Origin: Candidatus Dadabacteria bacterium
Lineage (GTDB): Bacteria > Desulfobacterota_D > UBA1144 > Nemesobacterales > CSP1-2
Direction: 5' to 3'
DNA: 64,000 nucleotides
NCBI GenBank assembly: GCA_963805855.1
Contig: CAWDVW010000007.1
Coordinates: forward strand, 576,001 to 640,000
Part shown: one piece after another, positions 1-8,716 of the stretch
Layout: every line of letters begins with the position of its first letter
Position numbering within the stretch: position 1 is the stretch's first letter
Notes under the pieces: generated by a model
Told to the model about the DNA's origin: nothing
Databases searched by the model: none
Seen by the model: only the letters and a program-made list of their open reading frames with translations
Position numbers and translations under genes: made by a program

Positions 1-312
1 AAGAACTAATAGAGTAATACGACCCAAATGCCAAACGACCAGTGCGGCAAACAGAATACCAAACATGCGGTGGATAAAACGAGTCATGTCAATACCCCCA
101 AGCCTCGTTATAATCCATGCTGACCACCGGGCTTCAAAAAATTCCTGAGGGAGCCCTGTAATCACGAGCATGATAAAAAAAATCATAACCAGAAGGTGCT
201 CTACCCTTTGAAGGAGACTAAATCTTACAAACTTATCTGGAAGATACATTCCCCGCTGCATAAACTCATTTTTGGAATTATTACCTTCTTCAAGATTTAT
301 CTCATCCTTCAT
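1..312 (-). CDS. FdnI/HydC-like di-heme cytochrome b subunit (CbcL/CbcB-like), 3' part beyond window edge
   Basis: Not in the ORF track. Manual translation from ATG at 312: MKDEINLEEG...FVRFSLLQRVEHLLVMIFFIMLVITGLPQEF...GGIDMTRFIHRMFGILF. The RF-x3-QRxxH and IHR motifs are typical of this cytochrome b family. Lies directly downstream of a nonaheme cytochrome. Confidence 0.8.
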   Translation of the reverse strand, partial: MKDEINLEEGNNSKNEFMQRGMYLPDKFVRFSLLQRVEHLLVMIFFIMLVITGLPQEFFEARWSAWIITRLGGIDMTRFIHRMFGILFAALVVWHLGRITLLVL

Positions 313-340
313 TTTATTATCCCTTTGAATCTTTACTCAG

Positions 341-1411
341 TTATCTATTTGTCGCCACACGCCAGACATGAAGCAAGATATGGAGCACTAGCCCGCCTAT
401 GGTAAAAGAAATAAATATCTTATAAAAGAGCTTTATATAATACACGAGGGGAGCCTTGTCAGGGCTCGGTTCGTAGTGAGAAAGCCACGCCCCAGGAAAG
501 TTTGTGGTGGCATCCGGGTGGCATTTTTTACACGTGTGTACAAGATTCGCTTTTAGAACAGGAGAATCTGGGTCACTTACTTTGGTAATATTGTGAACGC
601 CGTGGCAATCGGTACAAACAGGCTTCCAGGAGCTGATATCCTCTGTTTGGCTCTTATAGAATGTAACACTTACCCCATGAAAGTCCTTGAGATAAGTTTC
701 TAAAACCTTAGTCGAGAGCCCATATTTCTTCATGAGTGCTTCATTTGCATGACACTTCCCGCATAGCTCAGGGGTTTTTAACAGAAAGGTACGGGTTCTC
801 GGATCGTCTATATTATGCGCATGGTGGCAATCACTACACACCGGAACGTCCGGGTTGTTTTCTTCAATTAAAGCCCTCCCGTGAACGCTTTTGCTATAAA
901 TTTCGAAGATCCCGGCATGGCACTTCTTGCAGGTTTGGGAAATTCTCGCTTTCGGCCTATCGGGCCTTGTTACATAGTGGGCTCCATGACAATCAACGCA
1001 GACAGGCGCCGCTGTATTTCCATTTGATAGGAGACTGTAATGAATGCTCTCTAAGGTTTTTGTATAGTTGGCAAAATGACACCGTTTACAACTCTGATAG
1101 AGAGCTAAGCTGTAGGCGCGTCTGTTTTCGAGCTCCTTTTCGGGGTGTGGATAATCTGATATGTCGCTATGACAGTCGGTACAGGCCAGTTTGTCACCAT
1201 GAATCGATGAGGCGAAATTACCTGGGTTCACGTAGAGGGACATTTCCTCTTTGCTCGGCAATACAATACTGAGGCTTGGATCACTATGACACGCTAGACA
1301 AAACTCTACTTCCTCTGACAACTTCGCTTCGGGCTCAGCCAGAGCAAAAATGGGAAATATCAAGACCAAATTAACATATATGAAGATCCGCGTCAGCGTA
1401 GCTAAAGACAT
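341..1411 (-). CDS. Nonaheme c-type cytochrome with signal peptide and C-terminal membrane anchor (CbcL c-domain-like)
   Basis: 9 CxxCH motifs (CLACH, CTDCH, CKRCH, CVDCH, CKKCH, CSDCH, CGKCH, CTDCH, CKKCH), N-terminal signal, C-terminal TM helix with His. Confidence 0.9.
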   Translation of the reverse strand: MSLATLTRIFIYVNLVLIFPIFALAEPEAKLSEEVEFCLACHSDPSLSIVLPSKEEMSLYVNPGNFASSIHGDKLACTDCHSDISDYPHPEKELENRRAYSLALYQSCKRCHFANYTKTLESIHYSLLSNGNTAAPVCVDCHGAHYVTRPDRPKARISQTCKKCHAGIFEIYSKSVHGRALIEENNPDVPVCSDCHHAHNIDDPRTRTFLLKTPELCGKCHANEALMKKYGLSTKVLETYLKDFHGVSVTFYKSQTEDISSWKPVCTDCHGVHNITKVSDPDSPVLKANLVHTCKKCHPDATTNFPGAWLSHYEPSPDKAPLVYYIKLFYKIFISFTIGGLVLHILLHVWRVATNR

Positions 1412-1450
1412 CGATGCATCTTTTGGACCTCTTTATCTTATGACGTCATA

Positions 1451-1912
1451 TTAACTTTTATTCGCCTCTTCGCGCTTCTTTGCGATTTCCTTTTCTAGTT
1501 CGCTGATAAGGTCAGGAGCCTCGGGTTTTTTCTCTTCTTTTAGACCCTCCTGAAACTGTTGCCTTTCGCCCCTTTCGGATCCTCTTCGCCACGTGAGGTA
1601 GGCCACACCGGGCATCCAATGCAGCGTAGCTTCTCTCAGCAGGCTCTCCCTTAGCAACCGCAATCCCAGTAGCGCTTTGCTAGCCACGAGGCCCAAAACC
1701 ATCGCAAAGGAGATAAACGGCAAGAAGATCACGTACATTAACCCCATAATTGGTCCCAACGCAATCATGGCTATGGGCTGTATCTTCACGTACCGTTCGT
1801 CACTTGCGCCCGGTAAAGGGTCGCTTTCATTCTCTATAGTGACAAAATCCCTTCGCTTGAGACTGAGATAAATTCCCCTCTTTACGAGTTGATTACCAAA
1901 GTACCTTTTCAT
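1451..1912 (-). CDS. Hypothetical membrane protein
   Basis: Start reassigned to ATG at 1912 (MKRYFG) after a G-rich SD. Contains hydrophobic segment GPIMGLMYVIFLPF. Co-oriented with the cytochrome genes. Confidence 0.7.
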   Translation of the reverse strand: MKRYFGNQLVKRGIYLSLKRRDFVTIENESDPLPGASDERYVKIQPIAMIALGPIMGLMYVIFLPFISFAMVLGLVASKALLGLRLLRESLLREATLHWMPGVAYLTWRRGSERGERQQFQEGLKEEKKPEAPDLISELEKEIAKKREEANKS

Positions 1913-2076
1913 GATTATTACCCCCTTTTTTTTGATCTCACCCTTAATATAGTGAAAGGGGGCTAGTCCTTGCAATAGGGAAAACGCCCTATTTTTAGTG
2001 GAAAAAATACCCTGTTTTTCATATCCGAACGACCTATGCTATATCGAGGCTAAAGTTTATTTTGTCCAGACCTATT

Positions 2077-2409
2077 TTATTTAAGGCTCATCAGATAGGT
2101 CACAAGCGCTTCGAGTTGCTCATCCGTACCTTTAAAAGGCGGTTGTTTCGTATCTGGAATGACGGATTTCGGGTCCTTTAGAAATCCCTTTATCCACTCG
2201 GCATCCTTCCTGCTGCCCACGCCTGAAAGTTCAGGACCAATCTTCCCTCCAACTCCTTCTATCTTGTGACACATGGGGCATTTCATCTCGCTGTATACCT
2301 TTTTTCCCGCCTCAATCTGATCTGCCTCCTGAGCGAATCCAGTAATCCCAAACAATAAAACTCCCACAACACCAACAGCCAGACACGAAAAGATGTTTCT
2401 ACATATCAT
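2077..2409 (-). CDS. Small periplasmic monoheme class I cytochrome c
   Basis: Signal peptide, CPMCH, GG-x-IGPEL, W-x4-LKDPK; GGAGG SD. Confidence 0.9.
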   Translation of the reverse strand: MICRNIFSCLAVGVVGVLLFGITGFAQEADQIEAGKKVYSEMKCPMCHKIEGVGGKIGPELSGVGSRKDAEWIKGFLKDPKSVIPDTKQPPFKGTDEQLEALVTYLMSLK

Positions 2410-2470
2410 TTACCTACCTCCTTAATTTTATTCTGTAATTATGACCCTCTTCACCTTGAACTTTCTTTCC

Positions 2471-3085
2471 TCAATCGTATTTTGATAAGTCGATCTCAAA
2501 CCTCTTTTCCCCCCGGGGTTTCTGGAGAATAAACGTAATCTTTTCATTACCTTTTTTCTTCCCGTAATCAAAGTAGTAATAATTCGCAGCTTTATAAGAA
2601 GGTGATTGCGGCCAAGCAAGGGACGGAATCGCCCAGACCATAGGTTTTACTTCTACAGGCCGAATAACTCTATCCCCTATCTTTATCACACCGCGAATAT
2701 CCGTTGCGAAATTTACATCGTCTCCCAAAAGATAAGCCTTGATATAAAAGCTTTTTGCATTTATTATTCCGGCGATATCCTTTTCGCTAAGCTTTTGGCC
2801 ACGTTTCTCATTGAAAGCTGACAGTAGCTTCAGCAAACTAACCTTAGTAACCACAGCTACGAATTCCTCTTCACCTGATATAGATGGATAGCTGTATTCT
2901 TGTTTTATCTTCTCTATCTCATCCTTGTGTTTCTCACCATAGACGACAGCCTCATTTACCTGCTTCTCCGTCGGGTTTATGATCATAGCCCTGGACGGAG
3001 AAGCAGTAATCAGACTGATAGCTGTAACTAGGAGCCAAGAGATCTTTCCGTTTTTTAAGGCTGAAAATAGACTTATAAAAACCAT
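2471..3085 (-). CDS. Hypothetical exported protein
   Basis: 204-aa ORF with signal-peptide-like N-terminus; no recognised motif. Confidence 0.7.
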   Translation of the reverse strand: MVFISLFSALKNGKISWLLVTAISLITASPSRAMIINPTEKQVNEAVVYGEKHKDEIEKIKQEYSYPSISGEEEFVAVVTKVSLLKLLSAFNEKRGQKLSEKDIAGIINAKSFYIKAYLLGDDVNFATDIRGVIKIGDRVIRPVEVKPMVWAIPSLAWPQSPSYKAANYYYFDYGKKKGNEKITFILQKPRGEKRFEIDLSKYD

Positions 3086-3202
3086 AACTCCTATCCTGTA
3101 AAGTTTTTAGTTAGCTTCACGATCCAGTTTTATCCACTAAGCCAAGCCCCTTTCAGCTCATGATTAAACTTAGAGGGCGGAACCGTATCTTTTGAATGTC
3201 CT

Positions 3203-4198
3203 TTAACCTGTAGCGACAGCCTCCTTAAACCCGACTATTCTCTCAAGGTTTTTCAACACCAAAGTAGCCCCCGGGGTTTGAACAAACATAGCCGCTACAA
3301 GAGGAATTAATACAGTAGTCTCGTTAAACATAAGAACTGCAAGTCCCGCTGTAATGGTAAAGTTCTTTAAGTAACCTCCATAGAAAAACGCCACTCCGTC
3401 TTGATAACTGGAAACCAGCCTTCGGGTTAAAGGAAAGAGAAGCATGGTCATTGCCCCGTAGTATATAATCCAGAGAATCACGATCTTTCCTATAACTACA
3501 GGATATTGGATAATGAACCCAGCTTGAATACTCATAGCACAGAAGATTACGCCAAAAAGTCCAATAGCGGTTAGTAATGGTAACACCAGTTCCACCCTTC
3601 CGTACACCTCCTTTCCGGCAAATTTGGTGAGGCTTAACCGTGTCAAAAAACCGGCAACCAGTGGTACGATAATAACAATACAGATCTTCTTGAACATAAA
3701 GACCGGACTCAAGGCAACTGCCTTTGGGAGCAGAGCCCAGCTTAACAGAGGAACCGCACCGATTGCAATAATGAAACCGACCGCCAGCAGAGTCACGCCA
3801 AGAAGGATGTTGCCGTTACCCAATCCTACCCATCCGGGCAGCATCGCACATGCGGGAACTATTACGGTTAATATCACACCTGTATATAGATAAGTGTCGT
3901 CAGGAACAAAACTTTTTGCCAAAACAACACCCAAAATCGGCGCCACTACCACCTGAAATCCCATACAGGTTAGTATAATCTTAGGCATCTTTACAATATC
4001 GGCAATTCTTTCCACCCTCGTCCTAATCATCATCGGATAGACCATAAGAAAAAATAGGGGAAGAAAAAGGAAACCTAGACTCTTAACCGCTTCCGGCAGG
4101 GTAATACCTACCAGGATAGCGACCGCAATAACTATGACGTAGAGGTAAAAAAGGTTGTTTTTTATAAAAGAATTTACCTTCGTGAATAGCTCAACCAT
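3203..4198 (-). CDS. ACR3 / bile acid:sodium symporter (SBF) family transporter
   Basis: About 10 TM helices; LMVYPMM, PACAM and KNF motifs; AAGGAGG SD. Confidence 0.75.
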   Translation of the reverse strand: MVELFTKVNSFIKNNLFYLYVIVIAVAILVGITLPEAVKSLGFLFLPLFFLMVYPMMIRTRVERIADIVKMPKIILTCMGFQVVVAPILGVVLAKSFVPDDTYLYTGVILTVIVPACAMLPGWVGLGNGNILLGVTLLAVGFIIAIGAVPLLSWALLPKAVALSPVFMFKKICIVIIVPLVAGFLTRLSLTKFAGKEVYGRVELVLPLLTAIGLFGVIFCAMSIQAGFIIQYPVVIGKIVILWIIYYGAMTMLLFPLTRRLVSSYQDGVAFFYGGYLKNFTITAGLAVLMFNETTVLIPLVAAMFVQTPGATLVLKNLERIVGFKEAVATG

Positions 4199-4542
4199 TT
4201 TTCCCCTCCTTTTACAATTAAATTCCCCAGTCGAAACTCACCTGCCCGCAACAAGGGCAATCTAAATTCTGATGCGTAACTTGAACGCGCATAACCGTGC
4301 ATACTAAAAAACCCCACAACACATCCGCCTTCCCGAAGAGTCCTCGGATACGCCTGGCCGACATTCAGATTGCATCCTTTTCTTCCGAAATTTATATCCT
4401 GAATCTACACTCAACATTCCTACTCCGATCTTCAAAGCAACCACCCAAACGATAAAACCTCCCAGAGTTGAATTTAGGCTAATTTCCCGGGGATTTATTC
4501 CCCCTTTCTCCAAAAGCTCAAACTTCCTATTGTCCCCAATAT

Positions 4543-4559
4543 TGCAAATTCTATGCCAA
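4543..4559 (-). promoter_or_regulatory. Sigma54 promoter (-24/-12) toward the ACR3-like gene
   Basis: TTGGCATAGAATTTGCA on the minus strand, GG-N10-GC. Confidence 0.75.
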
Positions 4560-4771
4560 AAAGGTTCCGAAGTTATTTAGAAATTCGAAATTACTCAACT
4601 CTTTTGAAATGTGTTCCATTTTCTGACACCTTACACCTAAATTGGGTTTTTTTTAGAATACGGACTCAGTAACTCATCCAAGCAGAAAAAATAATTATCC
4701 TCATGTATTTTGGACAGCTTTGGTTTAATTCCAATTAAGCTCGAACATGTTTAGAAGAATTTTAAGAACAC

Positions 4772-4788
4772 TTGGTACGAATTTTGCA
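4772..4788 (+). promoter_or_regulatory. Sigma54 promoter for the ferredoxin-fusion/gltA/frhB-like operon
   Basis: TTGGTACGAATTTTGCA, GG-N10-GC, about 30 bp before ATG 4818. Confidence 0.7.
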
Positions 4789-4817
4789 ACTGCGAATATA
4801 CTAATGGAGTTACACAT

Positions 4818-5153
4818 ATGAACCAAATAGATCAAGTTTTGCAGGAAAAAGAACCTAAGAGCACTGTCTGGAGTGGAATAGGCCAAAAAGCCCGAGGTAA
4901 AAATGTCACCATCTCTTTAAATGAGGAATTTTGCAAAGGCTGTGAGATATGCGTCGAAATATGCCCAAATAAATGTGTGGAGATGAACGGGGCTTACCGA
5001 ATGGTAAAAATTCCCAAAGGAACGGAGCGATTAAACTTAAGCGCCCTTGAAGCGGGGATAGAACTGGCACTAGAAGCTTATGATAAGGTCCCGCCCAATG
5101 CTGCATACGCTGGCGATAAAGTACAAGGCTTGGGCAAGGACTTCGATGTCTAA
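4818..5153 (+). pseudogene. Chimeric remnant: 2-oxoacid:ferredoxin oxidoreductase delta (4Fe-4S) N-terminus fused to gamma-subunit-like C-terminus
   Basis: Only one CKGCEICVEICP motif, then KIPKGTERLNLSALEAG, which resembles the KorC/PorC C-terminal helix. Confidence 0.55.
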
Positions 5154-5232
5154 CCACTTAACTCTTTATTCGTTATTTGCAATATCGAATTTTTGCAGGT
5201 CATAATAATATATAGTCAAAGGAGGGATTATA

Positions 5233-6522
5233 ATGGCTAAAGATGGCTTATCCATAACTGATAATCGTACCGGCAGTAGTTTCGAAATCCCGATAACTCA
5301 GGGGACGATTGGTGCTATGGACCTGAGACAGATCAAGGTCTCTGACGATGACTTTGGACTCATGAGTTACGACCCTGCGTTCGGGAATACAGCGAGCTGT
5401 AAGAGTAATATTACCTTTATCGACGGAGATAAGGGTATTCTGCGCTACAGGGGATTTCCGATTGAGCAACTGGCAGAAGGAAGCAACTATTTGGAAACAG
5501 CCTTCCTACTTCTGCATGGAGAACTCCCTTCCAAATCCGAATATGAAGAATGGATATATGATATAACCCATCATACGTTTATTCATGAAAATATCAAAAA
5601 ATTCATGGAGGGATTCCGCTATGATGCTCATCCGATGGGTATGCTTTTAAGCACAGTTGGAGCACTATCAACCTTTTATCCAGAAGCTAAAAATATCTTT
5701 GATGAAAACGTACGTAAAAAGCAGATTCATCGCCTGATTGCAAAGATGCCAACTCTTGCCGCATTTGCTTACCGGCATGGCCGAGGCTTGCCCTACGCAT
5801 ACCCTGATAATGACCTGAGTTATACCGGCAATTTTCTAAATATGATGTTTAAGATGACAGAGTCAAAGTATAAGCCTAGTCCCGTTATAGAAAGGGCTCT
5901 TGATATACTTTTTATACTCCATGCAGACCATGAACAGAATTGTAGTGCCAATGCCGTTCGCGCAGTGGGTAGCTCCCATGTAGATCCCTATTCCGCCATT
6001 GCGGCGGGTGTCGCAGCCCTTTATGGACCCTTACACGGAGGGGCAAACGAAGCGGCCCTGCGAATGCTAAATGAAATTGGTTCTAAGGATAAAGTTCCTG
6101 AGTTTATTAAGAGGGTCAAAGCCGGTGAAGGTAGACTCATGGGGTTCGGCCATCGCATTTATAAGGCCTATGACCCGAGGGCAAAGATTATCAAGGATAC
6201 TGCTGATCAAGTGTTTGGCGTCACAGGTATGAATCCACTGCTTGAAATAGCACTAGAGGTAGAAAGGATTGCGCTTGAGGATGAATACTTTATTAAGCGC
6301 AGACTATACCCCAATGTGGACTTTTATACTGGTTTGATCTACCAGAGCCTAGGTTTCCCTGTTGACATATTTCCGGTGCTTTTTGCCATTCCTCGGACCT
6401 CAGGCTGGCTGGCACAGTGGGAAGAAATGCTAATCGATAAAGACACAAGAATAGCCCGACCAAGACAGGTCTACGTGGGAAAGGACAAACGTGATTATAA
6501 ACCGATTGCAAAAAGGAGATAG
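5233..6522 (+). CDS. gltA: Citrate synthase
   Basis: ITFIDGDKGILRYRG, LHADHEQN, GPLHGGANE, LMGFGHRIY and YPNVDFY motifs. Confidence 0.97.
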   Translation: MAKDGLSITDNRTGSSFEIPITQGTIGAMDLRQIKVSDDDFGLMSYDPAFGNTASCKSNITFIDGDKGILRYRGFPIEQLAEGSNYLETAFLLLHGELPSKSEYEEWIYDITHHTFIHENIKKFMEGFRYDAHPMGMLLSTVGALSTFYPEAKNIFDENVRKKQIHRLIAKMPTLAAFAYRHGRGLPYAYPDNDLSYTGNFLNMMFKMTESKYKPSPVIERALDILFILHADHEQNCSANAVRAVGSSHVDPYSAIAAGVAALYGPLHGGANEAALRMLNEIGSKDKVPEFIKRVKAGEGRLMGFGHRIYKAYDPRAKIIKDTADQVFGVTGMNPLLEIALEVERIALEDEYFIKRRLYPNVDFYTGLIYQSLGFPVDIFPVLFAIPRTSGWLAQWEEMLIDKDTRIARPRQVYVGKDKRDYKPIAKRR

Positions 6523-6527
6523 ATAGT

Positions 6528-7775
6528 ATGTCTGTTAAAAACGGGAAACAGAAAGACACAGCGCACGATCAGTTCAAACCGACATTTAAGAGAATGATGA
6601 ACCAGGTAGTGGCCGCGGGAAGCTGTTGCGGCTGTTCAATGTGCGTGGTTAGTTGTCCATATGGCGTAATAAAATACGACCACAATTCTACGATGCCATA
6701 TATAGCAAAGCCAATCCTTGGATTTGATTATTGCCCTATAAGTGAGAATATTGGTTGTGATGTGTGTTCAAACGCATGCTCCGGATTGGGATTAGAGCCC
6801 TCGAAGCCGCTAGAACCCGAAGAAATAGACATACGCCGTTTTGGAAGAAAGAGACGCGAAGATGAGCCCTATGGGATCACTCGATTTATATGTGCCACCA
6901 GGAGCGCTGATCCAGGAGTAGTTGCAAATGCACAAGATGGTGGAGCAATAAGGGAGATTCTGAGGTGTGCTTTTGAGGAAGGGATCATCGAAGGTGCCGC
7001 AGTAGCTGGTCCTTCCGATAATCTATGGCTCGAGCCTGTACCAACAGTTGTAAAAAGCGTAGAAGAGCTAAGGCGTACTTCAAAATCTTGGTATACGTAT
7101 TGCCCAACCCCACTGGCCCTTGTCGAGGCCGTAGATAAATACAAGTTAAAGAATCTCGCTTTAGTTGGGGTCCCCTGTGAAATCTCAGGATATGCCGCTG
7201 CCTTAGGAGCGGATACAGACTTTATAACTCCCGACAGAGGTTCAAAAAACGTAGAAAAACAGAAAAAGCACCTCAAGCAATATGTGGATTCCGTAAGATT
7301 GGCAATAGGTCTTTTCTGTACCGAATCCTATGATTACGACGGGTACATGCGTGAATACATAATAGGAAAACTCGGGCTTGATCCTCGTGAAATAATCAAA
7401 GTAAACATAAAGAGAAAGGTTTTTATACACTTGAGAGATGGAACAAGAATTGAAACTGCCCTCGACGAATTAAAGCCTTATCACAGGGAACAGTGTCAAT
7501 ACTGTGGTGACTTTAGCGCTGAGTACGCCGATATTTCAGCCGGCGGTGTGGGAACAGAAGGATGGACAATACTTATCATTAGATCCGAATTGGGAGAAAG
7601 TATACTTAATCGTACCGTGCAAAAGGGGTATCTGCAGGTTAAGAACGCATCCGAGTTTGAACAGTCCGTAAGTCTTTTGAAAAGATTCACCAACAAGAAA
7701 AGAGCAAAGCAAATGAACAACTTATCCCAATTGACGGATATAGAGGCACACGATGTGTTAAAAAGCGCCAAATAA
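6528..7775 (+). CDS. FrhB/FdhB family (F420 hydrogenase/dehydrogenase beta-like) FAD/Fe-S protein
   Basis: N-terminal CCGCSMCVVSCP; AQDGG, VGVPCE, IGLFC, CQYCGDF and ADISAG motifs. Confidence 0.85.
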   Translation: MSVKNGKQKDTAHDQFKPTFKRMMNQVVAAGSCCGCSMCVVSCPYGVIKYDHNSTMPYIAKPILGFDYCPISENIGCDVCSNACSGLGLEPSKPLEPEEIDIRRFGRKRREDEPYGITRFICATRSADPGVVANAQDGGAIREILRCAFEEGIIEGAAVAGPSDNLWLEPVPTVVKSVEELRRTSKSWYTYCPTPLALVEAVDKYKLKNLALVGVPCEISGYAAALGADTDFITPDRGSKNVEKQKKHLKQYVDSVRLAIGLFCTESYDYDGYMREYIIGKLGLDPREIIKVNIKRKVFIHLRDGTRIETALDELKPYHREQCQYCGDFSAEYADISAGGVGTEGWTILIIRSELGESILNRTVQKGYLQVKNASEFEQSVSLLKRFTNKKRAKQMNNLSQLTDIEAHDVLKSAK

Positions 7776-7906
7776 ATCGGGCGATACGTACGTACTTATC
7801 CAGGTGTTAAAGGTTTCTCACAATTAGCTTCACGTTAAAAATTAATTTTTACCTTATGATCATGGTTCAAGATAATGGGTTTAGCTGACCCCGTTTTTTG
7901 ACGAAG

Positions 7907-8704
7907 TTAAGACAAGGATTTCCTATAATTGTGAATCACAAATGCTGAGATAAAAAGAAACACGATGAGGATTCCTCCAAAGATCTTCCTGCGTTTGATT
8001 ATAGTTTCATCGTCCTGTACATCATTTTCGATCTTGTCAAGATCACCTGTAATCGTGCCCGTCTTGTCTATTATCAAGTCTACCGAAAGAACATGTGTTA
8101 AACGGTGAAACTGGTTTCTATTTGCAAAAAGTGCATCTTCAATGCTTTTAGTATCAAAACCCTCTTCCTTAACCTTTTCAATAGTTTTATTAAGCTGGTT
8201 TATCTTCATCTCCGTTCCTTCCATAACAAATTTTATCTTTTTTGCCCGTTCATATGTGTGACACCTTGAGCAATTCTCTTCGTTTATAAGACCCAAGGTA
8301 GCCCTTTGCTGATGGTGAGCGGTATGGCATGTAGTGCAAACTGGGCGTTTCTGCTTCTCGGTTAGCCAATGAGGACTCTTCATATAGTTCTCCATAACTG
8401 CCACATGGCACTTTCCACAGAACTGAGGAACCTCATCTTCTGTAGGGGCCCCAACAAAACCTTCCTCCGGGCCCATCGCGTCCATATCCTGTAAATCAGG
8501 GTTACCACCGTGACAGTTGTTACAAGATATGCCATTTTGTTTATGAATGCTTTCTTGCCAAAGCTCTACAGGCTTTGCCAGGTCATCTCCCATCTCGGTA
8601 TGACAAGAAATGCAGGAGGTTTCCGGTTCTTGGGCAACAACCTGAGCGACAAAAGCAAAGATAAGCAGCAAAAAAGAAAAAAGGAGTAAGTATTTGACAA
8701 ACAT
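7907..8704 (-). CDS. Membrane-anchored pentaheme cytochrome c (bc-type complex partner)
   Basis: 5 CxxCH, signal peptide, coiled-coil stalk, C-terminal TM. Confidence 0.9.
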   Translation of the reverse strand: MFVKYLLLFSFLLLIFAFVAQVVAQEPETSCISCHTEMGDDLAKPVELWQESIHKQNGISCNNCHGGNPDLQDMDAMGPEEGFVGAPTEDEVPQFCGKCHVAVMENYMKSPHWLTEKQKRPVCTTCHTAHHQQRATLGLINEENCSRCHTYERAKKIKFVMEGTEMKINQLNKTIEKVKEEGFDTKSIEDALFANRNQFHRLTHVLSVDLIIDKTGTITGDLDKIENDVQDDETIIKRRKIFGGILIVFLFISAFVIHNYRKSLS

Positions 8705-8716
8705 TTCGTCTCCTTT

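Noticed and set aside
1974-1993. AATAGGG-N6-CCCTATT palindrome as an operator
   Set aside because: Single 7-bp-arm instance with no convincing second copy.
4304-4513. 69-aa ORF or riboswitch in the ACR3 leader
   Set aside because: No recognisable protein motif and no riboswitch consensus I can identify; an Rfam scan would be needed.
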